A stretch of 64,000 bases of DNA from NCBI RefSeq assembly GCF_964204645.1, contig NC_134034.1, positions 558,001-622,000 of the forward strand. Direction: 5' to 3'. A program made the translations under genes and the position numbers. Below, piece by piece: positions 25,651 through 40,344 of this stretch (its first letter is position 1; each line of letters begins with the position of its first letter). The stretch comes from Tubulanus polymorphus. Its lineage: Eukaryota; Animalia; Nemertea. The notes below the pieces were generated by a model. It searched no databases, was not told the origin of the DNA, and saw nothing but the letters and a program-made list of their open reading frames with translations.

Positions 25651-25897
25651 AGAAGATATGTATCGATAGATATATCGATCGCGGGTCAGCAACGGTAGAA
25701 TTGTGGAACTGGGTCCATATTCAAAGTAGACCAAAACATAACAAATTGGTTAAACCGTTTTCCCCTCTCCTCTCTTTGGTCTCTCTCCCCTCTCCTCTCT
25801 CTCCTCTCTCCTGTTCCTTCTCTGTTCTCACTCTCTCTCTGTCATTGGTTTCTCTCTCCTCTCTCTGCTCTTACCTCCTCTCTCCTCTCTCTCTCTA
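25651..25897 (+). repeat. Second copy of the dispersed element with CT-rich tail
   Basis: Near-identical to the head at 5086-5210, followed by a CT-rich tract. Confidence 0.85.
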
Positions 25898-26399
25898 CTT
25901 CAACGTTAGGCTCTATTTTCCATAGAATGATGACTTTATTGTTGTATAGAATCAAATACTTTTGTGAGATCGATAGAAATATATCTGTTTTCAACTAGAT
26001 GCAAATTTAAAACTGTACCCGTTCGTGAAATAAAAAGTTATTCTTCGCATCTGACAAAAAGTGAGTCAGCACCAGCACCAGCACCAGCACCAGCACCAGC
26101 ACCAGCACCAGCAGTAGTAGCAGCAGCATATGTATGACTGATCAAACGTCTTTAAGTGGTCGCTGTATGATATGATATGATATGGAATGATTTGATATGA
26201 AATATCGTGATGTATGCTTTTAGTCAAATTGCCTACGGTACAAACGCGGCAATGTATCATAAAAAAGTCGGTCGATAAGAAAACTTATATACATGATTGA
26301 AAATCTGATAAATTGAAAAACCGCCTTCGGTTCCACTTCCAGTTCCACTATTCCACGGGTTTTGATTTGGCTCAGTACCAAACTTGTGCAGGTTTGATT

Positions 26400-26810
26400 T
26401 GATCCAGTTCCACAGTTGTGTGGGTTTAATTCGACTCTGGTTTCAGTTCCACAGTTGTGTGGGTTCAAGTCGACTGTGGATCCATATCCACAGTTGTGTG
26501 GGTTTAATTCGACTTTGTACCCAGTTCCACAGTCGTGTGGGTTCAATTCGACTCTGTACCCAGTTCCACAGTTATGTGGGTTCAATTCGACTTTGTACCC
26601 AGTTCCACAGTTATGTGGGTTCAATTCGACTCTGTACCCAGTTCCACAGTTGTGTGGGTTCAATTCGACTTTGTACCCAGTTCCGCAGTTATGTGGGTTC
26701 AATTCGACTCTGTACCCAGTTCCACAGTTGTGTGGGTTTAATTTGATTCAGGATCCAATTCCACAGTTGTGTGGGTTCAATTCGACTCTGTATCCAGTTT
26801 CACAGTTGTT
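26400..26810. repeat. 39-bp minisatellite, same family as 13032-13462
   Basis: Unit ccagttccacagttgtgtgggttcaattcgactctgtac, about 10 copies. Confidence 0.93.
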
Positions 26811-27175
26811 TTATTCCATTCTACTATAGCGGAAACTACTCATAGCCCTTGTTGACAAATAGAGAGCTCTTGACTTGACAATAGGTATATGAGATGCTTA
26901 TACGGTATAGCTATACGCCTGTACTCAATTAAATATCGCTGCATTTCTGCGGACTGCAAAATAACAACACATCGATTTGCACTTGAGACGATTGAATTAA
27001 TGAGTGGTTTTCAAATAAACGCCATGAACAAGTTCTGGAGTGGTTGTTTGTGCGACGACAAAAAATATTCATTATTATTTAAACGACTTCATTCAGTAAC
27101 TATCGTAAAATTAATGAATACATTTTCATTTTGCTGAAACTGAAAATGGAGGAGGAACTTTATAGAAACAACTTG

Positions 27176-28210
27176 TCTACTGTATTTCACAAACTCTTAC
27201 TCAGTATTTGACACCAACTCGGGGTAGAATTTTACCGGTCTCAACTTTACCACAGTAAGAGACAGAGTCTACTGTATTTCACAAACTCTTACTCAGTATT
27301 TGACACCAACTCGGGGTAGAATTTTACCGGTCTCAACTTTACCGCAGTTAGAGACAGAGTCTACTGTATTTCACAAACTCTTACTCGGTATTTGACACCA
27401 ACTCGGGGTAGAATTTTACCAGTTTCAACTTTACCGCAGTAAGAGACAGAGTCTACTGTATTTCACAAACTCTTACTCGGTATTTGACACCAACTCGGGG
27501 TAGAATTTTACCAGTTTCAACTTTACCGCAGTAAGAGACAGAGTCTACTGTATTTCACAAACTCTTACTCGGTATTTGACACCAACTCGGGGTAGAATTT
27601 TACCAGTCTCAACTTGACCGCAGTAAGAGACAGAGTCTACTGTATTTCACAAACTCTTACTCAGTATTTGACACCAACTCGGGGTAGAATTTTACCAGTC
27701 TCAACTTTACCGCAGTAAGAGACAGAGTCTACTGTATTTCACAAACTCTTACTCAGTATTTGACACCAACTCGGGGTAGAATTTTACCAGTTTCAACTTT
27801 ACCGCAGTAAGAGACAGAGTCTACTGTATTTCACAAACTCTTACTCGGTATTTGACACCAACTCGGGGTAGAATTTTACCAGTCTCAACTTGACCGCAGT
27901 AAGAGACAGAGTCTACTGTATTTCACAAACTCTTACTCAGTATTTGACACCAACTCGGGGTAGAATTTTACCAGTCTCAACTTTACCGCAGTAAGAGACA
28001 GAGTCTACTGTATTTCACAAACTCTTACTCAGTATTTGACACCAACTAGGGGTAGAATTTTACCAGTCTCAACTTTACCGCAGTAAGAGACAGAGTCTAC
28101 TGTATTTCACAAACTCTTACTCAGTATTTGACACCAACTAGGGGTAGAATTTTACCAGTTTCAACTTTACCGCAGTAAGAGACAGAGTCTACTGTATTTC
28201 ACAAACTCTA
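27176..28210. repeat. 92-bp tandem repeat
   Basis: About 11 near-identical copies (tgtatttcacaaactcttactc...gtaagagacagagtctac). Confidence 0.95.
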
Positions 28211-29111
28211 ACTGTATTTCACAAGCTCGTACTTGTATTTGACAGTTGTAATGCACTGCTTGTATCTGCTACATTTTTGTTGTGTTAAACATGAATTGGA
28301 AATAAAAAGAGTGAAAATAGTTTCGTTGTCACTATTATACTCCGCGTCGAGAGAGAGAAATGATCATCATTCAACGATTCGTCAATATTATAGTGTTTTA
28401 TTACCATCGCAAACGACGACGGAAAATGTAAACTGAACAATGAAACGCACACCGCATTGCCGACGCCATTGTAACCGTACAACACTGGCGGTACAATAAC
28501 ATGCATTAGAGAGCGCCGTGACGTCATCGCCGCCGACAAGATACGAATTTAATAACTACATACATTCTACTAGCAGCACGAGAAAATAGACGCTTCAATT
28601 GATTATCTTTGATTAAATACTTGCCACTATGAAATATCGATTTATCGCTGTTATTATAACTCAACTACAACAACAGTATACACGGGCTGAATCGTAGGTC
28701 CCTCACGCGGTTTCTCTCTCTTTCACCTCTCTCCTCTCTCCCTCCTCTCTCTCCCCTCTCTCTGTACCTCCTCTCTTTCCCTCCTCTCTCTCTCCTCACT
28801 CTCTCTCTCTCCCTCCTCTCTCTGTTCCTCCTCTCTTTCCCTCCTCTCTCTCTCTCCTTACTCTCTCTCTCCTCTTTCCGCCTCAGCTCTCTTCCTCCTC
28901 TCTCACTGGGTCTCTTCTCTATGAATACACCATGTAGATCGTATACATGCATAGCGATTCACACTATGATGCTTTTGATGCTTGGATGGTTAAGTTAATT
29001 TGAAGAATGACTCTACTAATTAGTCATTCCGGTCATGACGTAAATTTCATATGAATTCAAGCGGATTCAAGCTCGTACGATGTATACCGATAGAGGGCAC
29101 TATAGGTTAGC

Positions 29112-29210
29112 GGGATTGTACCGTACTCAGGGATTGCACCGTACTCAGGGATTGTACCGCACTCAGGGATTGTACCGTACTCAGGGATTGTACCGCACTC
29201 AGGGATTGTA
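29112..29210. repeat. 18-bp minisatellite (gggattgtaccgtactca)n
   Basis: About 5.5 copies. Confidence 0.9.
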
Positions 29211-29679
29211 CTACCCTCTCACTGGAGGAGCTCTCAAGTGAATAATGATAAATTTAGCGACGCAATTCATTACAAACACTGCATACACACACACATACAT
29301 ACAGTGAGGGGTTATTGCCACTGAACGCGTTTCGCATATATTCACTGAATCTCTGATCGTGAACTCCTCTTCTGAATCCAGATTAGAATCGATTCCGGCG
29401 GCTGAAGAATGACACATTGTTTCTCCTAATCGGTCGGGTCATTTTGTAAACTGCAATGAAATTTATAATCAGTTCGTTATTATAACTACACGGTCTGTTA
29501 ATTATGGTTTAGCTTCATGATAATTTAAAGAAGTGATGTACAGGGTAGATAGACGGCCGGTCGGGTCAACTTCTAAGCTCAACGATAAACTAGGTATCCA
29601 TTTTGTCAGCCTATAGGCGGAACGACCAGACTGAGCGAAATTCATGCCACCTGGCGGTATAGCTGGTGCCGGTATAGCT

Positions 29680-29938
29680 CAACTATTGCCACAGTAGGTG
29701 ATGTCCCAGTGTTCATTAGTGACACCTGGTGGATGCTCGATTGCCATCAACTATTGAATCAACTATTGCCGCATTAGGTGATGTCCCAGTGTTCATTAGT
29801 GACACCTGGTGGATCCTCGATTGCCATAAGTTGAATCAACTATTGCCACAGTAGGTGATGTCCCAGTGTTCATTAGTGACACCTGGTGGATCCTCGATTG
29901 CCATAAGTTGAATCAACTATTGCCGCAGTAGGTGATGT
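29680..29938. repeat. ~77-bp repeat family carrying gacacctggtggatcctc
   Basis: About 3 copies here. Relatives at 30660-30875, 35540-35885 and 36950-37060, and inverted at 49790-49880, 50770-50975, 55060-55300 and 63880-63980. Confidence 0.85.
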
Positions 29939-30227
29939 AAAATAGAATAGTTTTTCTCTCTAACCAAACATTGCTACAAGATACGATAGAAATTTATAAT
30001 ATTTACGAAACTCAAAAAACGAGAAATCAACCGGGTTTTATAATGATGTCTCGACGGCACGCGTGTTTTCTGTACTCTTGACTTGCGGTTAATACTGTTG
30101 TGTTATATACACATCAGGATAAGATACTGCTATTAAGAATGAGAGATATTGATGAAGGCGGTGCTGCTACTTAACGCGTGTACTCAATGTCACAACTTTA
30201 ACTGAGAATACTACTGTGACTCCCTTA

Positions 30228-30472
<245 letters not shown>

Positions 30473-31394
30473 TCAAAACTCTCTTATAATGACACATCAA
30501 TCGCTTTTAAAAACTCGAGAATAAAATAGAAACTATTGTAATATATCATTTTGACCTTCACATTCATATGATATCCGCACCATTTGAAAGAGGTTTGTTT
30601 GTTCAATCTTTCCATTGAAATGTAACGGAAACTGAAGCTAGGAGAAAAACAGAGTAACTACTCTAGCGACACAGGCGGATCCTCGCTTGCCACAGGCTCC
30701 CGAGGAAGTTGATTAGAAATAGAAGCGCGCATGACCGAGTAACCACACTAGCGACACCGGCGGATCCTCGCTTGCCGCAGTAGCATCACCCGGCGATCGA
30801 TGGTAATGAGAACCGAGACCGACTTTCTACTTGCGCGACACCTGGCGCCTGGTAGATCCTCGCTTGCCACAGTAGTGAAAGTTTAAGCCGCAGTCAATAT
30901 TAAGTGCATATTCACTGGCCGTCGTTACTCTACTTACTGGCCGTCATTTATTCGTACGCGCAGAACAAAACTGAAGTCGGGTATAGATTTTATGAATTAA
31001 CAACATTTTTTAATGGTCGGTAGTGAGTCGTGAAATTGTACAAACTATCCATTATTCACTCTGGCAATCGGTATTCAGCGCTTAATGGATGGTTTTGAGG
31101 GTATTTGAGGATGGTATTCGAGGGTATTTGAGGATGGTATTCGAGAGTATTTGAGGATGGTATCTTACGGTATTTTACCGGTTGAGCAGAATATTCGATA
31201 TGTTTTTTCATGAAATGTGTTTTTTTTGTAGTGACGTCGCCTTGAATTGATAACACGCGATCATTCGAGTTTTATCGTAATAAAGTAAATTCAAATTTCA
31301 CAGAACGATTTGTTAAAGGATACAACCGTTAAATAATACATACAGATACAGAAAGGTGGGTCTTTTTTGACACAAAAATAAACGAAACAGGTGA

Positions 31395-31640
31395 CCCATA
31401 AGCTTAACCCTAGCTCGACTGTAACCCTAACCCTAGGTGGACTCGAACCGGTGACCTCAAGCGAGCCAGCCAAGCATTCTACCACTAGGCCATAGACCAG
31501 TTGTGATAGACGGAGTTTGTAAGTTTGTCTGGTCAGTGTGTGGTAACCGCTGACCAGTCAGGTGTGGTAACCGGTGACCAGTCAGGTGTGGTAACCGGTG
31601 ACCAGTCAGGTGTGGTAACCGGTGACCAGTCGGGTGTAGT
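31395..31640 (-). mobile_element. Repeat with an internal tRNA-like A/B-box module, copy 1
   Basis: Minus strand reads GGCCTAGTGGTAGAATGC...GGTTCGAGTCC followed by TAGGGTTAGGGTTA, with a 24-bp tandem repeat upstream. Homologous to 45940-46180. Confidence 0.6.
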
Positions 31641-32231
31641 GAATACCATTCTCTGGGCACAGGCCTGCTCGATAAAACAACAAAACCTTTTTCTTGTTTT
31701 ATGCGTGAAATTGAATGCGTAATTTGTCTAGTAACACAGTATAACAGTGATTACTGATTGGCACGTTGTGTCTGAACTAAATGAGACTAATTTATAATTC
31801 ATGTTCTGGGATTTCGATTGAAATTCCGTGATTAAAGCTCCACGCACCGAGAGAGAGTTTCCGCTAGCGATAAAACCAGTTCTGATTCGTTACTCGTATG
31901 CAGAGACTTCAGTATCAATGTGAACCACAGGTGTAGCTATGTTATAGACCGGTCTGAACCGGGTTTTATTTACTGGGTATCAAAGTTCTCCCTAGGAATA
32001 AATCTTTTTAACCTGGGCCCGATTTGATAAACTGGTATCGAAGTAATCCATTGGAATATACGTAATCTTTAATCTGGGTCAGGTTTATAGACTGGGTTTC
32101 AAATTCATCCCTAAAATTAGGCTCAGTGTGTTCCCCAGATTTTGAGAAACATCGAACGTTGATTTCCGAGTTAAATCAACAGCAGGAGCAGCAGTAGCGG
32201 CAGCGGCGGCGGCGGCGGCGGCGGCAGCAGC

Positions 32232-32286
<55 letters not shown>

Positions 32287-35200
32287 GCAGCGGGAGAGCC
32301 GGTGGCACAGGCTTTGAATACATCAATTAAAAAGACAGTTCAATTTAATACCGTTTTTATGACACGGCATCAATTATTTGAAGTATAACATTAAATCGCA
32401 ATCATTATCAATTACTCAAAAGCGGAATGCTCCGCGGTTCGGCTGAAATATCGTCTGATCACGCGAGATCTCGTTCGATCTCGTTCAGCTGTCGATTGAG
32501 ACCCGGAGGAGATCTGGTCTCCTGTAGACGATTATTAGAGATTACATCCGACATCCGTCAATCGAGAGAGACAACAGTCTCACATCGGGAGCCGGGTGGT
32601 TCCGGACCGGATCACAGCAAGGGTGGTTCCAGACAGCGTCACATTCGGGATCGTCCCGGATATAGCGAGCCTGGTCTCAGACGGTATTATTCAGGGACGG
32701 TCGATCATGGTGTCTTTTTTCTCATGCTCACTCCGTGCCATTCCATCCATTAATGTAAGGTTTTCAGAAGTCTGGTTTAGTCAAAAATCGTCCATGCAAA
32801 GTTTCCATCTGTCCTACATAACTCCAGATCTTTGACTCATCCACAAATCATCCACACGACTGCGACAACAGGGTAGAAAAAAAACCAAACAAACAAACTG
32901 TCAATACGACGTGCTCAACGCGGAAAATGACGTCATAACGTCACGAACGCCGCGCGCACGATGTAAATTATCGAACGGCACTTTTTAAAAGTGTCAGTAA
33001 AAGAAAATATCGGAATTTCTTAGAAAATAGGCACAAAATTACTTTCTCGACGCTGCAGCTGAACGGCGGCGGTGGCTTCCGCGCTGCAGACGAGAAATGT
33101 ATCTGCGCATATCGCGCAGACGCAGGAGATCGAAGGGAAAAGATAATTAGCGTAGCCGCCAGTGTTTAAAATCATGATACACGCCCTTAACAATACAGAC
33201 CGTTAGATTTCTCGATTCAAATCACATTATTTTAGATTTTGTCGTGTGTTATTCTATCGATCGGATTGCACCGAATTGCTTAACCTTTTTTCGACGTTTC
33301 CTATTTTATCATATTATACTGCAGTGTTCTATTTTCGACCGAGCCTTCGAGCTAAACTTGATAAAGAATCGACTGTAATCGAAACGCGAACTGTGTATAA
33401 ACACGATCTAAAAAGTCGATTATCGGGTTTTACTTGATATGTCATCATACACCAGTTACTATTGAACGTGCACTTGCCTGCGGTTCCTCTCGCTAAAAAA
33501 CATACATATATTTCATTCTCTTAAACATTTTTCTCAGATTAGACCAATCGCTGCACGCGTTAGAACGAAACCAGCTGCGCTTAACCAATCAGATTACGCG
33601 TTATTGAAATCGGTCAATCACTCTCCGCCAATCAGATGATCTAGTTCAAGCGAAGCGACCATGTTAGATCACGCGCCGCTTGCCCAAGTCTCGCGACACC
33701 TGGAGACAAAATCCAACATGGCCGCCTCATTATGTAATGCAGTGTGTTTTGAATATATTCTAATTTTAGGGATATGGATTTATCATTTTTGATTCAAATC
33801 CGAGAATATATTCTAACAAATATGTGAACGAAAGGGCCAAGGTTTATTGATAGACTGGATCGAAAGCACTAGACAGTGAATTTACACAAACAGCCTCGAT
33901 TCCAGCCGAGAATATTGACTCGCGGATTTAAATGTTGCCTCCAGTCCGTGTGAACCACACAGAGCACCACGTCGACTGTTGAGCGCCGGAAAAATACGAA
34001 AATTGGAAAAAATGAATCGAAATTCTCGAAATGAAAACATGGCAACAGCGCGCCACTTTATAAACCAGCAGCAGCAGCAGTTAGCAGCAGCGGGCGCTTT
34101 ACTGAATTAGAAAGTGTAACTGGTGGAAGCGGCGAGTCTGAATTGAATCACAACCACCGAGTACAGTAACGTACTAGTTGATTATTATCGTTCGTCATAG
34201 ATTTACCGTTAACGGAAAATGAAAGCGCGCTCGCTGCTTTCAACTTGTCTGAATTATGAGCTTATTGGCTCAATATATCACTGTATTGGTTGAGAGACTG
34301 CCGTCACTAGTGTCGACGGTAACGTTAGCAATTACTGTGTTTACATTAGAATCGTTGCCGTATAAACAACGTTTTAGTTTTAGTTATAGCGCGAGTAGTC
34401 GTATATCTGTACTCCACTCTCCTCCCTCCTCTCCCCTCTCCCCTCTTTCCGCTCCTATCCCCTCCCTCCCTCCACTCTCCTCCCTCCTCTCCCTCTCTCC
34501 GCTCCCCTTCTCCTTTCGCCTCTCCCCTCTCCCCTCTCTCATCTCCTCTCTCTCATCTTCCTTCTCTCCTCTCTCCTCCCTCCTCTCCCCTTCCCCTTCC
34601 CCTCTCTCCTCCTCTCCCCTCCCCCTCTCCTCTCTCTCTTTCTCTCTCCTAACCTCCCTCTCCTCTCCCTTCTCCCTCCTCTCCTCTCTCATCTCCCGGT
34701 CTCGGATATTGCCGCATATATCGCCGTCCGTTCAGCCGGTCGGTGGGCCGGTCGGGTATATCGCTGTTTGATTGATGCACGATTGTTTATTAATGGCGTC
34801 TCGTCTGCTCTCAATTGGATTTCAATCAGTTGTCATCAATCTTCACTTGAATGAACAACAACTAAGATAGACCGAGAGCTACTTACAGGGGGGGGGGGGG
34901 GATAATTTCTCAGCCCCTCAGCCACCCCTATCCCTCCACTTCTTGTTCCCCCATCTCATTCGCTTTCCCTCCCCCCTCTCTCTCCTTTTGGTTGCTAAAT
35001 CATTTTTTTCAACTCAATCAAAACTATTCAATGAAGCCCTGCGACATAAACTAGTGAAGCCTATATACATCCATCACCGAGCGACCTCATTGGAGGGACG
35101 CCGCTGATTTATATCTGCTTTGAAACTAGAGCGTGTAATGTTATGAAAAATCACCACCCAATCTGTTACTGACCCGAACCAAAAACGTGTCTGTGTTCAA

Positions 35201-38200
35201 CCGTAAAAAATTGATAGGACACGGCATTGACCACGCGGACCACGCGGACCACTACTGAGAAAACACAATCTAATAAAGACAACAACAAGGCCTATAACCG
35301 ATTGCTACTTGTAACTCGACCAAACGCGAGACGAGGACAAATAAAAAAATTGAACCGATCTTTAGTTTGTGTGACAGTGATAGATGAATTACTAAACTTT
35401 CTCTGACACCGCGAGAGCGCGAGGACAATTGAGGGACATGATTTGTATTTTCTCAAATAGAAATATAACAGGACACAAATATGATGAAGGGTCCTGACAA
35501 AAAATTGCCGCTAAAAACAGATAACGAGGTAACTACTAGTGCAGCCTCACTTGCCACAGAAGGGATCCTTTATGGGCGAATAATTTGATGTCCTACTGCA
35601 CACTAGCGACACCTGGTGGATCCTCACTTGCCACAGGTGGGATCCTCTATTGTCGCAGTAGTTGATGTCCTACTGCATACTAGCGACACCTGGTGGATCC
35701 TCACTTACCACAGGTGGGATCCTCTATTGTCGCAATAGTTGATGACCTACTGCACTCAAGCGACACCTGGTGGATCCTCACTTGCAACAGGTGGGATCCT
35801 TTATTGCTGCAGTAGTCGATGTCTTATAGCACACCAGCGACACCTGTCGGATCCTAACTCCTAATCCTCGATTGCCGCAGTAGCATCTTTATATTTCTTA
35901 TCATTCTAAAGTCTACGATGCATCATATTTTCAGCTTGAGTTTGTACGTCTACAAAACGAACAGAAAAACTCTAATGGATCTTATTAAACCCACGGAAAA
36001 TCGCATTAGATGTGATATTATTTTGAAAGCGTCTTTTTTCTCTAAATCTACCACATCGACGACAGTAAACGTGGCGACCGATCTGATAGAGCCGCCGCCG
36101 CCGTCGTCATCGTTCTAACTGAAGACGACATTGCGCCAGCGAGCGAGCACTCGGTCTGTGTGTATGTGCGTGCAAATTTAATCATCAGATCAAAGTGAAT
36201 TTATTCCAACTGAAAAATACCGAGTGAGACATTTATTAAAGATTAGACTAGAATAGTTTTCCGGGGTCGGGCGTAATTCAGAAACAGCGGACACTATTGC
36301 AAATTGTATTATTCAGATGAACCCGATTCCGCACGGCACAAGTTTATACTGCGATTATCATCGTATTTATAACGGTACAAAATTGGTAAAATATTTGGAA
36401 ATATCGTGAAAATCTTTTACTAAGAGGTCGTCGCCTTGTTCCTGGTTAACAGAAGATGAACCAACAAAATCTGGCTCCAGATCTAACAACTCGATATTTT
36501 GATCTGACGGCACTATCAGATCCGAATCCGCGCGGAGGGAGGAACGTGGCGGAGTCTCACGATGTCATCAGGTTCGAATCCTGTGAGGTACGAGTCTGAC
36601 GACAGAATCCGTGCCGAGGTAGAATACTTGCGGATAAAAGAGCCATTCCGCGCCAGACTATCAGTGGTGCTGGTGCTGTCCTGGTCTCAGATACGATTAA
36701 CTTAAAGAGCTGTTTTATTCGCGATGTCGTCATCACGACGATCATCAACGAGACACAACTCGCTTTTTACGACTTTCTAAATCACTTTCTTTAACGGTCG
36801 GCTTTCTGTTAGTCAGCGGTGCACCGTGTCACGTGTCCGCGGAAACCAGAGCAGACGACACCAGCGAATTGTGGCTAATTCACCATCGAGCTGCCCGCTA
36901 GGTGTCGCAATTAGATAATCACGTGGTGTTGAGTAGAATACTGACTTCATACTAGCGCCACCTAGTGGAGCTTCGATTGCTGCAGTAGGATTTTCAGTCT
37001 CGAAGCTCGTGACTCTGTAATAGCGCCACCTAGTGGAGCTTCGATTGCCACAGTAGCACCCGTCATTTCTGCTGTATTCCTGTAGATTCCGGTTTTCAAC
37101 AGTTTAAGTTCACTGTAAAGCACTGTCTATTAGTTCGCTGTCTAATAGTTCACTGTCTATCAGTTCACTGTCTAATGGCCGCGTCTCATTTTAAATTGGT
37201 GGCGATTTATTTCTTGTTGACATCGGCTTCCGTTTGTCCGCGGTTCATTATCCTGAAAAATGTCTTTTTAAGCCAATATATCGTCACTAATTGGCGTCAG
37301 TAAAATAGAGCTTACACGATTAATGACCTTGACATTACTGTCACCGCAGACGACGGCGAAGACGTCGAGATGCGCGCGCACGTTTCGGGCGGTGACGACC
37401 GATTAGCATTTTTGTTCAGCGCGGTAGCGTTACGTGACTCGGGCTGCGCATTCTGGAGAACATGTCACCGCAGTCATCTCACGCCCGATCAATCTCAATC
37501 AAACTGAAACAAAAACTCGACAGTCGTCGTGCCGGTCATGAAACGTCGCAATTCCGCGTTTTACATCGTGATTACACTCAAATCGTTTCTTAACGACCGA
37601 CGTCGATTTCTGGCGAGTATCGTCTGCAAGGTTCAGAGAACAGCGCGCGAGGAGTCGTGGTTCCCGAGATCAGCACAGCCTCTCTGAATCTAATTGAGTC
37701 AATTCACTGAAAAGATTTAATCGCAAATAATTCTGAAACCGTATCTCAATCAATCAATAAATTCGGTATCGAAGACATTCACTCGCTCGTTCATCATCCC
37801 GCGTTCAAGGTCGTCACGCAGTTAATGAGATGTAAATTTATGCAAATGTGCCGCCATTTCACCTGTTTAAGGGGTCTCGATAATTGATCGATTGCTCGTT
37901 ATTTCGTGTAACTGCTCTTATTGATGTGGTTTTAATTTGAAACACGTCATACACACGTCCACACAATAACACAACCGATATCATACACCGGTGTCAAGGT
38001 TACGAGTCACGTTAAAGGTGTCGTTGCTACGTCACTATGTGTGACGTCACTGTCTCCTAGTGTCAGCGAATTTGAATGTAAGGTGTCTGAGTGGTTGGGT
38101 AGACTAGGATCGTATAGGGCGACGGAGATCTCTCTTGGCGAAGCCATCCTTGGGTCCCAGTTGATATCCATATAAGTGATATTTACGCCCCCTGGCGACA

Positions 38201-39157
38201 CGGTGAGATTTCGACGTTATAAAACCCGATTTCGATCCCCCCTGGCGGTACAGCGAGGCGTTAAAGAGTGAAAAATGTTTCGTCGAAATATTTTTCGATC
38301 CATTTCGGATTTGTGTAGAATCGCTGCGTCGCGGGCGGGAGAGAGAGAGAGACCAAAGAATAATCAATCAAATCAATCAATCAATCAATCAATCAATGGT
38401 TCATTTTGATTAATTTTCCATCTATTTCGTGTCGCGCGGAGTTGAGCGTTTGTATTTTCTAATGTGCCGCTGACACCCGACAGCGACGCGTACAATAACC
38501 CTTCCCCCCACATCCCTTTCCTCCATACACCCCCTCACACCGCTACCGGCGTTCACCTATTCATTCAGTCAATTCGATCACAGGCTGATTTTTAACGCTG
38601 ATCAAGTAATCATTTTCTACTCAAACTGCGCCGCGACTCCACCACGTGACCGGTGTCACTGACAGGTGCACGGCTAATAACTGAGTCACGTGCGGTAATC
38701 GACTTCTCGAATACCAGAATTATCCACCAGATGGCGCCACTGACAGTCGGCCTAGCAAAATGTATTTGATTTAAACTGTTGAGTCTGAAGAAAAGAATTC
38801 GCAGTGGAAAAGGCTGTAGTAGGCCCGCTATTCGTACGGTGGCTACATTCTATTTCGCAAGGTCGGTAGATACTGTTTTTGCGATCTCAAGGTCGGGTGG
38901 ACATGTTTTTTCCTCTAGTACGTAATAAACGATTTTACGGCCTCCGTAACGACAACGTTAAATATTGCTGTCGTTTTCATACGTTTACGGTGATAATACG
39001 TAACGCATTCTAACGTCATTTACGCTGGTCCCTAGCGGTTTAAACGTCAGTTCTCGGTAGTCAGTACTGAATATATATATATACATGTATGTGTATATAT
39101 GTTTGTTTGATGGTCGTCTCTGTATACCAATACTATATCTACTGCGCATTAGAGAAA

Positions 39158-39395
39158 AGAGAGGGGGAGATGAGAGAGGGGGAGAGGAGAGAGGAGAGGG
39201 GGAGAGGAGAGAGAGATAAGGAGGGACAGCAGAGAGAGAGAGAAAGGAGAGAGAGGGAGTAGAGAGAGGAGAGGAGAGAGGAGAGAGGAGAGAGGAGAGA
39301 GGAGAGAGGAGAGAGGAGAGAGGAGAGAGGAGAGTGGAGAGAGGAGAGGGGGAGAGGAGAGAGGGGGGAGAGAAGAGAAGAGATAAGGAGGGACA

Positions 39396-39432
<37 letters not shown>

Positions 39433-39640
39433 TGGAGAGAGGAGAGAGGAGAGAGGAGAGAGGAGAGAGGAGAGTGGAGAGAGGAGAGAGGAGAGAGGAG
39501 AGAGGAGAGAGGAGAGAGGAGAGAGGAGAGAGGAGAGAGGAGAGGGGAGAGAGGAGAGAGGAGAGAGGAGAGAGGAGAGAGGAGAGAGGAGAGAGGAGAG
39601 AGGAGAGAGGAGAGAGGAGAGAGGAGAGAGGAGAGAGAGG
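39158..39640. repeat. (GGAGAGA)n polypurine tract
   Basis: Heptamer repeat of about 480 bp. Confidence 0.95.
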
Positions 39641-40344
39641 GCTCTTTATCGAAATTTCACAATTAAAGATATCAAAAAGGACAAAAACAAGTTAACAAGG
39701 CGACGTCATCTTGTCATGATTGTTGACTGTAGCTATATTACACGCGCACGTGCACACACTCACAAACAGACGGTAATCCGGCTGTACATATTAAGCTACG
39801 CCACCACCAACAGCGACAAATTGGCTAAATCTAATCTAGAGAGTAAATTGCCTGAAGCTGGGAGTAAAGTAAATCCGTCGTAATATCTAACGACGACCCA
39901 CTCTCGAGATCGACACTCGAGGCTGAAAGTAGTTACCGAGGGTAAACGTGTATTACTACTCCGCTGAGTGATTTAACCGCAGAAATAGATCGCTGATTCG
40001 TTCAACTGATCAAACGCGATGACCTCGGTGATGACCTTGACGATCATGCGTAGAATGATTTGGGAATATTGTATCCGACAATTCTCTGACTCTCTCTGTC
40101 CCTTCTCCAGGCGTAAATATATATAATTCGGTTTAAATGACTGATGAAATTGTATTGCGTGACTGTGGACGGTAAATCCTGGTATAAGCCGATTTACTTC
40201 GGGAGTAATAAAGTATGAGTATATCCTACTACTCGAGTAGAGAGTGAAGGTTCATCAAATCTCCACTCAATCTACAAATTCTCATCTCGATGCACAGGTG
40301 CGGCTTACACATGGAAACCACTACGCGTACTAATACAGAGGGTC

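Noticed and set aside
27176-28210. Regular 92-bp array resembling a CRISPR array
   Set aside because: Units are near-identical along their whole length with no unique spacers, there are no cas genes, and the context is eukaryotic. The same applies to the other minisatellites.
31403-31436. TAACCCTAACCC as a telomere or telomerase template
   Set aside because: Only about two units, and part of the tRNA-like repeat element.
32427-32835. GC-rich ORFs inside the giant intron (possible nested gene)
   Set aside because: No recognisable domain or consistent exon structure on either strand; a non-coding transcript cannot be excluded.
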